64,000 nt of DNA from Fidelibacterota bacterium (GCA_021734045.1 JAIPJR010000001.1:5901-69900), one strand, 5' to 3'. Positions 29,308-38,429 are shown, numbered from the stretch's first letter. Translations and numbers: made by a program. Notes: generated by a model from the sequence alone, not told the origin.

Positions 29308-29703
29308 TTATGCACGAACGTATTCACGTACTGTGTCAATCAAATCCCGGGGACTCACCGGTTTTTCCAGGAAAGCCTGGACCGGCAGGAAATCCTCATC
29401 TTTATGGGGATCGAATGTGAATCCGGTTTGATTGCCTACTGCCGTGAGAATCACCACCGGTGTATCTTTGATTGCCTCTTCGGACCGGATTTGGTAGGCA
29501 AGCTGGAAGCCCTCATCCAGATGTGCCATCATCACATCCAGCAGAACCAAATCGGGTTTTTCCTGACGCAATTTCTCCATTCCCCGGGTACCTTCCTGGG
29601 CGTCAATGACTATATATCCCACGGATTCCAGCGTTACCCGCATGGCTTCCACCAAATCAATATCGTCATCGATGATGAGAATTTTCTTTTTATTATCAGC
29701 CAT
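29308..29703 (-). CDS. Single-domain response regulator (CheY-like receiver only)
   Basis: Receiver motifs (KKKILIIDDD…, DLVLLDVMM, the conserved T, and K at …LEKP). No output domain. Start chosen as ATG 29703 (MADNKKKIL). It overlaps the upstream hydrogenase maturation protease gene by 8 nt. Confidence 0.8.
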   Translation of the reverse strand: MADNKKKILIIDDDIDLVEAMRVTLESVGYIVIDAQEGTRGMEKLRQEKPDLVLLDVMMAHLDEGFQLAYQIRSEEAIKDTPVVILTAVGNQTGFTFDPHKDEDFLPVQAFLEKPVSPRDLIDTVREYVRA

Positions 29704-30229
29704 GAACTCTGACCTCCTTTGAAAATCGTGGTGAAGGATGATTTCGTTTGATTGTGTTACCGGGAAGCGTTTTCCCGTGGTGATAAATATTCTCAATCAA
29801 TGTGATCACCTGAGGCAGGGCATTTCTGACAGCAGGGGATAGCCGGTGACTCACTGCTACAATTCCCGGCTGAACACCGATGACCCACATTCGCTCCGGC
29901 AGCATGTCCAGCTTTGTCGCCAGATGATACGCTTCGGCCAGTCCCATGCCGTGCAGGGACAGATGGTCCCAGTGCAGGACCAAATCTGCTTCCGAGGGAT
30001 CAAAACAACGCACTGCCCCCGGTTCTGCTCCCATTCGGGCGGCATCCACAATCACCAGATGCTTCCGGTTGGGAAAATATTCCAACAAGCCCAAAGTATC
30101 AGTACCGCCATCTATAAGTTCAATATCCCATTCTGCCTGCGTCTTGCGCAATGCCTGAATAACTGCAATTCCCACACCATCGTCTCCGAATTGGGGATTG
30201 CCTACGCCGATGACGGTTAACCGGGACAT
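29696..30229 (-). CDS. Hydrogenase maturation endopeptidase (HycI/HoxW/HybD family)
   Basis: MSRLTVIGVGNPQFGDDGVGIAV… matches the GxGNxxxxDDGxG signature. It sits directly 3' of the [NiFe] large subunit gene. Confidence 0.8.
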   Translation of the reverse strand: MSRLTVIGVGNPQFGDDGVGIAVIQALRKTQAEWDIELIDGGTDTLGLLEYFPNRKHLVIVDAARMGAEPGAVRCFDPSEADLVLHWDHLSLHGMGLAEAYHLATKLDMLPERMWVIGVQPGIVAVSHRLSPAVRNALPQVITLIENIYHHGKTLPGNTIKRNHPSPRFSKEVRVHG

Positions 30230-30232
30230 GTT

Positions 30233-31540
30233 TCACGCATCCTTAAAATCCACATCCAGAATATGCACGCTGCAGGAGATACAAGGATCGTACGCCCGCA
30301 CCAGCATTTCCAAATGTTGGGTGATTTCCGGCTTGGTTTTGTCCACGATTTCAGGCACCAACTTTTGCATGTCTGCATCCACATTGGCCAGGTTTTGACC
30401 CGTGGGAATCACGCAGTTTGCCGCCACGATGCGCCCGTGATTGTCGTAAGTATAATCGTGAAACAGAATACCCCGAGGCACCTCCGTGGAGCCGATCCCA
30501 CGACCGTAACGGGTAGGTGTCTGGTTGGGTTTTTCTGCTTTCAGACCGCACCCCAAAAGCTCATCAATAATGCGCACACTATCTTCCATGCAGTGCACCA
30601 CTTCCACCACCTGCGCCACGGTATTCATGTACGGGTTGTAGCATTTGGGTTTTAAGCCCAACGTCTCAGCACCTGCCAGCGCGGATTCATTCAGGTGCTT
30701 GTAGTTATTATTCCACCGCGCCAGAGCACCCACCATATAAGCTTCCCGTTTGTGCCGGGCGTGTTTGGATGTGCTGTGTGCCACCACGAATTCATTGGTG
30801 ACACTGAGATAATCCTCCACCGGAAAAGTCCCACCATCGGAGGAGCATGCCGCCCCTCCATACAGCGCATATTCTTCAGGGTGAGTGAGTGAAATATACT
30901 CGGTTTCTCGCTCGAACTGAGGAATAGCACCGGCCAATGCTTTCATCGTCTCAACAGTAGCCGCGCAATCCGGTAGCCCTTCGTTGAGTAATTTATCCTT
31001 TAAGAGCAGCAGCTCGTCCCGGGTAGGAATGCGTGTAAAACCACCAGGTACCGGTGTAATGGGATGTACTGCCCGTCCGGAAACAATATCACCAATATCA
31101 TTTGCCAGACGCTTCATGCGTAATGCCCGCAGAACGACATCCTTGTGGGTGGCAATGAGGGGGAAAACGCTGGGGGCATCCAAAAAATCGGGAACTGCCA
31201 GAAAATAGGCATGGAGAATATTGGATTGTATGGTAGCGCCGTTCACCAGCAATTTGCGCAACAGAACGGTCTGTTCCGAAACCTCTAAACCAAGTGCTGC
31301 TTCAGTGGTTTTCAGCGAGGTGATTTGATGACCAAGGCTACAAATTCCACAAATCCGGCTGGTGATGATGGCTGCTTCGGTAAAACTGCGTCCCTTCAGC
31401 ATGGCTTCGAAGAATCGCGGTGGTTCAACAATATTCAGATGAGCTTTTTCCAGGACACCATCCCGCATATTCACGACAATGTTTCCATGCCCCTCCACCC
31501 GGGTGATGTGATGAACATTGATATCCAAATTCTTCTTCAT
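30233..31540 (-). CDS. [NiFe] hydrogenase large (alpha) subunit, group 3b-like
   Basis: N-terminal L1 motif RICGICSLGH (RxCGxC) and C-terminal L2 motif DPCISCSVH (DPCxxCxxH). 435 aa, short like the group 3 enzymes. Confidence 0.9.
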   Translation of the reverse strand: MKKNLDINVHHITRVEGHGNIVVNMRDGVLEKAHLNIVEPPRFFEAMLKGRSFTEAAIITSRICGICSLGHQITSLKTTEAALGLEVSEQTVLLRKLLVNGATIQSNILHAYFLAVPDFLDAPSVFPLIATHKDVVLRALRMKRLANDIGDIVSGRAVHPITPVPGGFTRIPTRDELLLLKDKLLNEGLPDCAATVETMKALAGAIPQFERETEYISLTHPEEYALYGGAACSSDGGTFPVEDYLSVTNEFVVAHSTSKHARHKREAYMVGALARWNNNYKHLNESALAGAETLGLKPKCYNPYMNTVAQVVEVVHCMEDSVRIIDELLGCGLKAEKPNQTPTRYGRGIGSTEVPRGILFHDYTYDNHGRIVAANCVIPTGQNLANVDADMQKLVPEIVDKTKPEITQHLEMLVRAYDPCISCSVHILDVDFKDA

Positions 31541-32271
31541 ACGGCCACCTCATAAGCATTGAACAACTGTAATCGTTTCACCGCTTCATCCACTGACAGA
31601 CCTTTTTCCGTCAAAATTTCCACCATCGCTTCCCGATTCATCCCTTCCACAAACCCCCGGCAGCCGATACACGCCTGACCAACACCAGGGCAAATCGCCT
31701 GGCAGCCCGCCCGTGTTACAGGTCCCAGGCATATCTGTCCTTTGGTAAGGAGACATTCATTCTCTTCCAATTTGCATTCCACACAGACTGCATAGTTGTA
31801 TGTGGGCGGTGTTTTGCCCATGACCAGTGCTTTGAATAGTTGGAGAAAATCAGGCTGACTCATGGGACAGCCCCGCACCTCGTAATCCACAGCCACAATA
31901 GCTGAAATCGGCATAGCCGGGAGGGTGGCAAACCGGTATTTGTCTTGACCGTAAACCGTCTCCCTCACTTGTTCAATAGGCTGAATATTCTTCATGGCAT
32001 TAATGCCACCGTTCACCGCGCACGCGCCAAGTGCTACCAATATTTTGCTCCGGCGACGAATATCATGGATGCGCTCAACACATGAAGGAGAGGAAATGGA
32101 GCCTTCAACGAAAGTAATGTCATACTCATCACTGGTTTCATCCATGGCTTCCCGGAATTCCACCAAATCAACATGGGCCAGCAAATCCAGCAGTTCATTC
32201 TCAAAATTGAGTTTATTCAACTGACAACCTTCACAACCGGTAAAATCAAAAAAAGCAACTTTAGGTTTCAT
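31537..32271 (-). CDS. [NiFe] hydrogenase small (delta) subunit
   Basis: 244 aa with the proximal-cluster Cys pattern (…DFTGCEGCQ…, GACAVNGG, …CPGVGQACIGCRG…). Overlaps the alpha subunit gene. Confidence 0.85.
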   Translation of the reverse strand: MKPKVAFFDFTGCEGCQLNKLNFENELLDLLAHVDLVEFREAMDETSDEYDITFVEGSISSPSCVERIHDIRRRSKILVALGACAVNGGINAMKNIQPIEQVRETVYGQDKYRFATLPAMPISAIVAVDYEVRGCPMSQPDFLQLFKALVMGKTPPTYNYAVCVECKLEENECLLTKGQICLGPVTRAGCQAICPGVGQACIGCRGFVEGMNREAMVEILTEKGLSVDEAVKRLQLFNAYEVAV

Positions 32272-33123
32272 CTACAGCGCCTCCTCCAGCGGTTTGATAT
32301 CCGTGTACCGGAAGACCGGGCCATCCTGGCAGCAGTATTTCCCATTGATCTGACAATGTCCGCACTTACCCACACCACATTTCATCCTGCGTTCCAGCGA
32401 TACGAAAACCTGCTCATCAGGCAGGCGTTTTGACTTTAACGCCATGAGGACGAATTTGTACATCACCGGTGGACCTGTGACAGCTGCGATAGTATTTGGC
32501 AGATCCAATTGCAGTGCCGGAATCAGGGTTGTAATCACACCCACATTTCCAGTCCAGTCCGCGTTACCATGATCCACAGTCACATGAAATTCCACATCAT
32601 CACGCGCCGTCCATTCTGCCAGTTCTTCCCGGTAGAGCAATTCAGCTGGCGATTTTGTCCCATAGAGTATAATGAGCCGCCCAAATTCGGCTCTCCGGTC
32701 CAGGATGTAATGAATAAGCGATCGTAACGGGACGATACCAATACCACCACCGACTATCAGCACATCCTTCCCTCTGAACTCATTCACATTAAAACCATGA
32801 CCGAAGGGGCCCCGAATACCAATCGTGTCACCGGTATCCAGTGTTCGCAAGACCGATGTCAGCATACCCACTTTGCGGATACACAACTCAAAGCTGCCTT
32901 GCCTGGTGGGTGATGATGAGACGGAAATGGGCGCTTCACCAACCCCCAGAACGGATACCTCTACAAATTGTCCCGGTGTATGTCCCAGATCCTGACCACC
33001 GGGCAGCTCCACACGATACCATTTTTCCAGTTTCGTCAGTTCTTTTGCTTCCACGATTTTACACATGGTAGGCAGGTAGAGGCCCCGCTCTGCCGGGAGC
33101 GTTATATCATGCAAATGTTTCAT
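32272..33123 (-). CDS. Hydrogenase gamma subunit (FAD/NAD(P)-binding, [2Fe-2S]; sulfhydrogenase HydG / anaerobic sulfite reductase AsrB-like)
   Basis: Ferredoxin-NADP reductase-like fold with GGGIGIVP nucleotide-binding motif and C-terminal CGVGKCGHCQ cluster motif. 283 aa. Confidence 0.8.
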   Translation of the reverse strand: MKHLHDITLPAERGLYLPTMCKIVEAKELTKLEKWYRVELPGGQDLGHTPGQFVEVSVLGVGEAPISVSSSPTRQGSFELCIRKVGMLTSVLRTLDTGDTIGIRGPFGHGFNVNEFRGKDVLIVGGGIGIVPLRSLIHYILDRRAEFGRLIILYGTKSPAELLYREELAEWTARDDVEFHVTVDHGNADWTGNVGVITTLIPALQLDLPNTIAAVTGPPVMYKFVLMALKSKRLPDEQVFVSLERRMKCGVGKCGHCQINGKYCCQDGPVFRYTDIKPLEEAL

Positions 33124-34160
33124 GCCACCACCCCCGTTTTCGCATATTGTTGGTTTTCATAATCCTGGATCAAATTATTCACAATATCCGTGAGTGAGAT
33201 GCCCGCGGGGCAGAAGGCCGTACAGCGTCCACACCCCACACACCAGGGAACGCCCTCTTGGTCAGTGATATACTTGAACTTGCGGTAAACGCGGTGACGG
33301 GTTCGCTGCTCGTATTTGTCACGAAAATTTTCACCACCCGCCACCTCCGCGAAGGGCGTGAGCATGCAGCCGTCCCATTGGCGCCGCCGCTCGCCGGACT
33401 TCACATCCAGCGCCACATCATCCATCACATCGAAACAGTAACACGTGGGGCACATGAGATTACAGGTTCCGCAACCCACACAGCGCTCGGCAACCTTTTG
33501 CCAGACTTCCGAGTGGTACACGTGCTGGAATACTTCCGGAATACGGTTGTAATGGTATTTCAGCTTGTTTTTGAAATTCCGCTCAAAACGGACAATATCT
33601 TTCACAGCCTTGAGTTTCTGAAACCCCTTCAGCAAATCAGAACCCTCTTTATTCAGGATGAACAGGTAGTAATTGGTATCTACTTTATTCAGGAAAAGAT
33701 CGAATCCTTCCATCTCTTCCACCCGGATTCCAACACTGCGGGAGAAGTGATAGTCGTCGGGCTCAAAAGAAATTCCGATGAAAATGGCGTCCTGCCGGCG
33801 CAGGATATAATTAGGCTCGGGATGCCCCTCAATCATATTGTGATCCAGGCGCAGAACCGCCTGCATGTCGTAACTGTGGACCCCGAAAAATATCCGCTTT
33901 TCCGGCTTAATCTCTTCCTCCACAACATTTTGTTTCTGAATCGAGTACTGCAGGAGCCGTTCAGTTGGCGGCAGGAAAAATTTCTTAAGGGACAACATTG
34001 TCCGGTTGTAATCAAGGACCACTTCAGATGCATGCGTTACCCGTTCAAAGCTGTACGACTTTTCACCCTTCTGGTGTGGTGCGTACACCGGGGCGATTTT
34101 TTTTAAATGCTCAAGCAGGTCAGGTACTGCTTTTTGAGCCAGATGATAGCACTCCATCAA
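33120..34160 (-). CDS. Hydrogenase beta subunit (4Fe-4S; HydB/AsrA-like)
   Basis: Two ferredoxin-type motifs, CVGCGTCNLMCPTCYC and CVGCGRCTAFCP. 346 aa. First gene of the beta-gamma-delta-alpha operon, an order typical of group 3b bidirectional hydrogenases. Confidence 0.8.
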   Translation of the reverse strand: MMECYHLAQKAVPDLLEHLKKIAPVYAPHQKGEKSYSFERVTHASEVVLDYNRTMLSLKKFFLPPTERLLQYSIQKQNVVEEEIKPEKRIFFGVHSYDMQAVLRLDHNMIEGHPEPNYILRRQDAIFIGISFEPDDYHFSRSVGIRVEEMEGFDLFLNKVDTNYYLFILNKEGSDLLKGFQKLKAVKDIVRFERNFKNKLKYHYNRIPEVFQHVYHSEVWQKVAERCVGCGTCNLMCPTCYCFDVMDDVALDVKSGERRRQWDGCMLTPFAEVAGGENFRDKYEQRTRHRVYRKFKYITDQEGVPWCVGCGRCTAFCPAGISLTDIVNNLIQDYENQQYAKTGVVA

Positions 34161-34385
34161 TTTGCCTCTTTATCAATAGATGTTAAAAAAAATGCGTGTA
34201 TGTGCGGCATTTTGCCTCCCTTGAGCAAGGGAAGTTGCAAAGCAAGTGCCACATATGTTCTTGTTTTTACTGTTATTAATTGCGCATGTGAACTAACTGG
34301 ATGCCCGTGTTTCTTCTGCCAGACAGCACCAGTCAATAGCGCTAACTTCAGGGTATTTTAAGGGTTGGGAGGCGAGTAATTGTCC

Positions 34386-34422
34386 CAATCTTCCCGATGG
34401 TTTTGATTCACCGGGAAGATTG
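34386..34422. promoter_or_regulatory. Perfect 11-bp inverted repeat in the hydrogenase-operon upstream region
   Basis: caatcttcccg-(14 nt)-cgggaagattg. No flanking U-tract on either strand, so it may be a regulatory dyad rather than an intrinsic terminator. Confidence 0.3.
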
Positions 34423-34453
34423 GAATTTAGGAAGTGAAATTTATCGTACTGAT

Positions 34454-35764
34454 TTACCGGACCAGGGTAACCTTTTGGAGGAAGCGCCGGTGGTTTACGG
34501 AAATTTCCAGGATGTAAACACCACTGGATACGGGATTCACATTGTCATTATACCCGTCCCAACGGAGTGAGTAGGATCCGGCTAATTTTTCTGCTTCTGG
34601 GCTGATAACACGGACGCGCCGCCCTCGGATATCATAAACAGTGACCCCCACTTGGGCTGTACTCGTCAGGCTGAGAGTGAAATTGGTTTCCGGGTTGAAT
34701 GGATTAGGATAGGCCGGTGAAATGCGGAAATCGCCTGGGATATGGTACTCAGCAATATCCGTGGTGGTGGTAGGAGCGATAACGATTTTGGAGGGACCGT
34801 CTCCAACAACGAGCTGGTGCGTACTGGTACCATCGGCGGTGATATGATACACCTCATCTGTATCAAAACTGGCTACCCACGCTCCCGATTCCCGGGGGTC
34901 GGTAGCCACAGACATCACACCGTGACCGACGGTCAGCGGATTGGATTCGCCATTTTGAACCACAAAATCCGCCATGGAATAGGTATAGATTAACCCGGCC
35001 GGCGCATCACCCCAGCCACCGGCCGCCAGATAGACCACACCGTCTGTATCTGCTGCGAACGCACCTGGACTGCCACCAATTTCCAATGTGTCCAGCACGC
35101 TATTGTCACTCAACTCAATCCGGACCACCCGGCCAAATTCACTGTAATAGTTACCGGTGCAAAGCACATGGAGCGTGCCGTCATCAGACCGGAGCAGTTT
35201 TTGTGGATTGGTGGGCACCGCATAATCACCGATGATGTTCAGATCTTCGGCATCATGTACCACAATTTTGCCCTGTCCATAACTCCAGTCACTGGAATTG
35301 AAATTTGAGCTGGTGACATAAATATGGCCGTCAGCTACCAGAATTCCCTCAGGTGAAGGGCCGGTTTCCACCGTGTCAATGACACTGGCGGTGGTCAAAT
35401 CTATCCGCGCCAACTGATTAGACTGAAACAGACTCACCAGGACATTTCCTGTACCGTCCAGCGTCATTTCATAGGGATTTGAATTTTCCGGTAAGGGTAT
35501 ATCTGCCAGTAGATTGAAATTGTGCCTGTTAAAAATCTGTAGGTTGTGGGACCCAGAATTCAGTACCAGCAACGAGTCACCCTTGATCAGCATGTCGTTT
35601 GGGTATAAGCCGACTGTGGAGGCATCGTTGGTGGTGGTTTCACCATCCCAGATACTGATGGTCTCAGCCAGGCTATTCAGTATATAAAGCTCACTACCGG
35701 CAATAAGGAGGTGTGTTTGAATGAGCGTGAGAATAATGATACGGGAAATCGATTTGAATGTCAT
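34454..35764 (-). CDS. Secreted beta-propeller-like protein with a T9SS type-A C-terminal sorting domain
   Basis: Signal peptide, repeated YVTN/NHL-like blade segments (…LVLNSGSHNLQIF…, …NVLVSLFQSNQLARIDL…, …GHIYVTSSNF…, …GVVYLAAGG…) and a C-terminus (…YPNPFNPETNFTLSLTSTAQVGVTVYDIRGRRVRVI…SGVYILEISVNHRRFLQKVTLVR) matching the Por/T9SS secretion tail. Lies directly downstream of the riboswitch-controlled TonB receptor. Confidence 0.7.
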   Translation of the reverse strand: MTFKSISRIIILTLIQTHLLIAGSELYILNSLAETISIWDGETTTNDASTVGLYPNDMLIKGDSLLVLNSGSHNLQIFNRHNFNLLADIPLPENSNPYEMTLDGTGNVLVSLFQSNQLARIDLTTASVIDTVETGPSPEGILVADGHIYVTSSNFNSSDWSYGQGKIVVHDAEDLNIIGDYAVPTNPQKLLRSDDGTLHVLCTGNYYSEFGRVVRIELSDNSVLDTLEIGGSPGAFAADTDGVVYLAAGGWGDAPAGLIYTYSMADFVVQNGESNPLTVGHGVMSVATDPRESGAWVASFDTDEVYHITADGTSTHQLVVGDGPSKIVIAPTTTTDIAEYHIPGDFRISPAYPNPFNPETNFTLSLTSTAQVGVTVYDIRGRRVRVISPEAEKLAGSYSLRWDGYNDNVNPVSSGVYILEISVNHRRFLQKVTLVR

Positions 35765-35805
35765 CTTAGCTCCGTTTAATCGTTAAAGTTACGGCTTGAA
35801 TTGTT

Positions 35806-38007
35806 TCAGATTGAGGCTGAGAGTGAAAAACTCACCTGGCGTCCCGGCAGGGGATATCGTTCCAGCACCTCATACTGCTGGTTGGTGAGATTGTGGATGG
35901 TCAGGTTCGTGGTGAGGGTGGTTGTGGCGAATGAAAATTTATTTCCCACGGCCATGGTCCAGTCGGAAAACGGTTCCAGCCATTTGGTATTAGCTTTACG
36001 GATATATGTGCGTCCCTGTGCATGCCAGGTGGTTTGCAAGAAATAGCTTCGCCATTGCCATTTTGTATTCACGGTTACCTGATGTAATGCCCGGTAGGGC
36101 AGGTATTTTTGATAAGAATTAGCTCCCGGTGTGAGATTAATTGGGCGTCTGGCATCATACATCACATCCATCATGAAATAATTTGCCCAAGGGGTCAGGC
36201 TGACCAGAACATTGTACCCGGTAATCTGTGCCGATTCCACATTTTCAGGTGCGAAACGGTTGGCGTAACCCCGCACCCAACTGATGAGGTCTGTATATTT
36301 CTGACGGTACACCGTTCCGGACAGGGTCACTTGCCAGGGTGAAAAATCCGTGAAACGCAATCCCCACTCCGCATCCCGACTGCGCTCAGGATTCAAATCC
36401 GGATTGCCTACAGCATAAGCGTCGGGCACCCAGAATAATTCCCAGAAGCTGGGCAGGCGGTATCCCGTACCCATTTTGATCCAGGTCGAGAAGCGCTCTG
36501 TGTGTAGCCGCCAATGGGTCTGCCAGGTAAATGACACCTCACTTCGGCCCGTCGTTTCGTAGCGGGTCATTAAGGTGGGCGAGAGGGTATAGTTGGAGAT
36601 AGGCAGATGATACTCTCCGGATGCCACAATCGCCCGGGTATCGCGTTCATGCTGACCCAGACTGTACTGGGGGCGCAACCGATCCTGAGCGTCAAGGGAC
36701 TCACCACGCCAGGTCATTTCCAGCCCCAGAGCCGTGGACTCGGATTGGTAGGTTCCCTTCAGACTTTGCTCCAGAAGTCCGTGTGCCGTTTGAAGATGAT
36801 ACCCACCAAATACCGATTCCTGAGCAGATTGATTCTGCTCTGTTCGGTCCCAGGTGGTAGCACTGGTGACAGACCAGGAATTTTTGTTGAAAATCACTTG
36901 GGTAGCCAGGTGCTGCTGCAGTGCGTCCCGGGTGGCGTCGGGTGTTAATTCATACAATGGCCCGGGTAATCCCTGTTGAGAATGGCTTACAAATCCCAGA
37001 CTTTCCCAATGCAGACCGGAGCGCGGTGAGTAGGTGGTGTTCAGCCACAGCGATTGTTGGGAATGGGCAGCATTCTGTCGTCGGAAAGATTCACCGTCCA
37101 CCGTGTACGGGTAATTATTTTGACCCGTTTCCCAATTTCCATGCGCGCTTACCGAGAATGTACGGCGGCGTACTTCGCCCCGTGCCCGCATGCGCTGCTG
37201 GCCCCAATTTCCGGTGGTAGCTGTTAAGCCATACTGCTCGTCCTGGGGAGCTGGTGCCAGGATAATATTCACCACCCCGCCCATAGCCTGGCTACCGTAC
37301 CGGGAAGACTGATTGCCGGGTGCGATTTGGATTTCACCGATGGATTGGGGCGCAATCTGATTCACATCAAAACCACCGCTACTACCGGTCTGTACCGGCT
37401 GGCCGTTCACCAGAATCAAGACCTGATTGGCTTGGCTGCCCCGAAGGGTAATTTTTGGCGTTTGGCCTGGTCCCCTTGACTGGCGTTCAATTTCAGGGAT
37501 ACGCACGAGCAAATCGGATACATCCCGGGCAACCAGGATATCTTCCTCTGAGGGCCGAAAGCGGTGAAATGTACCGGCTGGTAGCGATAGGTTTCGTGGT
37601 GACGCGGTGGCTTCCACCTGTACCGCAGGGAGATCAATCTGTCGCGGTGTGAGCGTCACGGAGAGATTCGCACTGCCCCGGGGATTCAGGTCAATGGCCA
37701 GTTCTTCCGGTTCGTATCCGATATGCGTAAAGCGGAGTTTCACACTACCCGCCCGAGGTGCCTGTATTTGGAAGCGTCCGGACTGATTGGTGACGGTGCC
37801 CGTGCTGGCATTCATCAGGATGACCTGGGTTTCTGCCAGCCCTTTTCCCGTAATCGCATCCCGGACAATGCCGGAAACGGTGAAATCCCGGCCAAAGTTC
37901 CAGGACGGGCAAATGAGTAACACCACCAGGAAGGTTCTGAGTAATGGAAACAGTTTTACCGGAACTGGTAGTCGCGGTTTTGGGGGAAGTGAGTATGAGA
38001 AATACAT
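35806..38007 (-). CDS. TonB-dependent outer-membrane receptor (BtuB-like; N-terminal carboxypeptidase-regulatory-like domain)
   Basis: Plug domain and 22-strand barrel signatures (…TLRGSQANQVLILVNGQPVQ…, TonB-box-like segment). Preceded by a cobalamin riboswitch. ATG 38007 (MYFSYSL…) has an RBS GAGG. The ORF-track start at 38013 is a TTG. Confidence 0.85.
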   Translation of the reverse strand: MYFSYSLPPKPRLPVPVKLFPLLRTFLVVLLICPSWNFGRDFTVSGIVRDAITGKGLAETQVILMNASTGTVTNQSGRFQIQAPRAGSVKLRFTHIGYEPEELAIDLNPRGSANLSVTLTPRQIDLPAVQVEATASPRNLSLPAGTFHRFRPSEEDILVARDVSDLLVRIPEIERQSRGPGQTPKITLRGSQANQVLILVNGQPVQTGSSGGFDVNQIAPQSIGEIQIAPGNQSSRYGSQAMGGVVNIILAPAPQDEQYGLTATTGNWGQQRMRARGEVRRRTFSVSAHGNWETGQNNYPYTVDGESFRRQNAAHSQQSLWLNTTYSPRSGLHWESLGFVSHSQQGLPGPLYELTPDATRDALQQHLATQVIFNKNSWSVTSATTWDRTEQNQSAQESVFGGYHLQTAHGLLEQSLKGTYQSESTALGLEMTWRGESLDAQDRLRPQYSLGQHERDTRAIVASGEYHLPISNYTLSPTLMTRYETTGRSEVSFTWQTHWRLHTERFSTWIKMGTGYRLPSFWELFWVPDAYAVGNPDLNPERSRDAEWGLRFTDFSPWQVTLSGTVYRQKYTDLISWVRGYANRFAPENVESAQITGYNVLVSLTPWANYFMMDVMYDARRPINLTPGANSYQKYLPYRALHQVTVNTKWQWRSYFLQTTWHAQGRTYIRKANTKWLEPFSDWTMAVGNKFSFATTTLTTNLTIHNLTNQQYEVLERYPLPGRQVSFSLSASI

Positions 38008-38029
38008 CTGCAAACCTCATTCGCGAAGG

Positions 38030-38200
38030 CTATAGCGTGAATGACGTGTCGTGCAGGTGTCCTGACTCCCGGATCATTCTCCTCCAGCGCCTTCCCAGCT
38101 AGGTAAAAAGCCAGTGGCGGATTGCCAGATTCGTTCCCGGTTACAGTAGCGCGTCTGTGCCCGATTCTCACGGGCTTCCCGTACGCGACACATCTCAAAA
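38030..38200 (-). promoter_or_regulatory. Cobalamin (B12) riboswitch in the 5' leader of the TonB-dependent receptor
   Basis: The minus-strand transcript reads …GGGAAGCCCGTGAGAATCGGGCACAGACGCGCTACTGTAACCGGGAACGAATCTGGCAATCCGCCACTGGC…GCTGGGAAGGCGCTGG…. This contains the conserved core elements GGGAA…GTGAGAATC…CGC-ACTGTAA…the B12 box GCCACTG…GGGAAGG. The sequence ends about 20 nt before the RBS of the receptor gene. Confidence 0.8.
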
Positions 38201-38429
38201 TTTGAAAAATCGCTCATTAAGCTAAATGGCTCCTGGTTGATTACAATAAATTTCTTACACGATGATGCATTTCTTTGTTCGGTGGATAGTAAGCAACAAT
38301 AAATACAGTTAGATACGCGATAAATCACCCGGAGCATACCTGGGGATGATACGGTCTTGCAGGCGGGATATCCGCCGTTGGAGTCTAATCCGTCAGCGGT
38401 TAAATTGGCCACGCCTTGAAGGAGGGATT

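Noticed and set aside
33258-34106. 282-aa + strand ORF antisense to the hydrogenase beta-subunit gene
   Set aside because: It lies fully inside a gene with unmistakable ferredoxin-type Cys motifs on the opposite strand and has no recognisable motifs of its own. It is a typical long antisense ORF in a GC-balanced gene.
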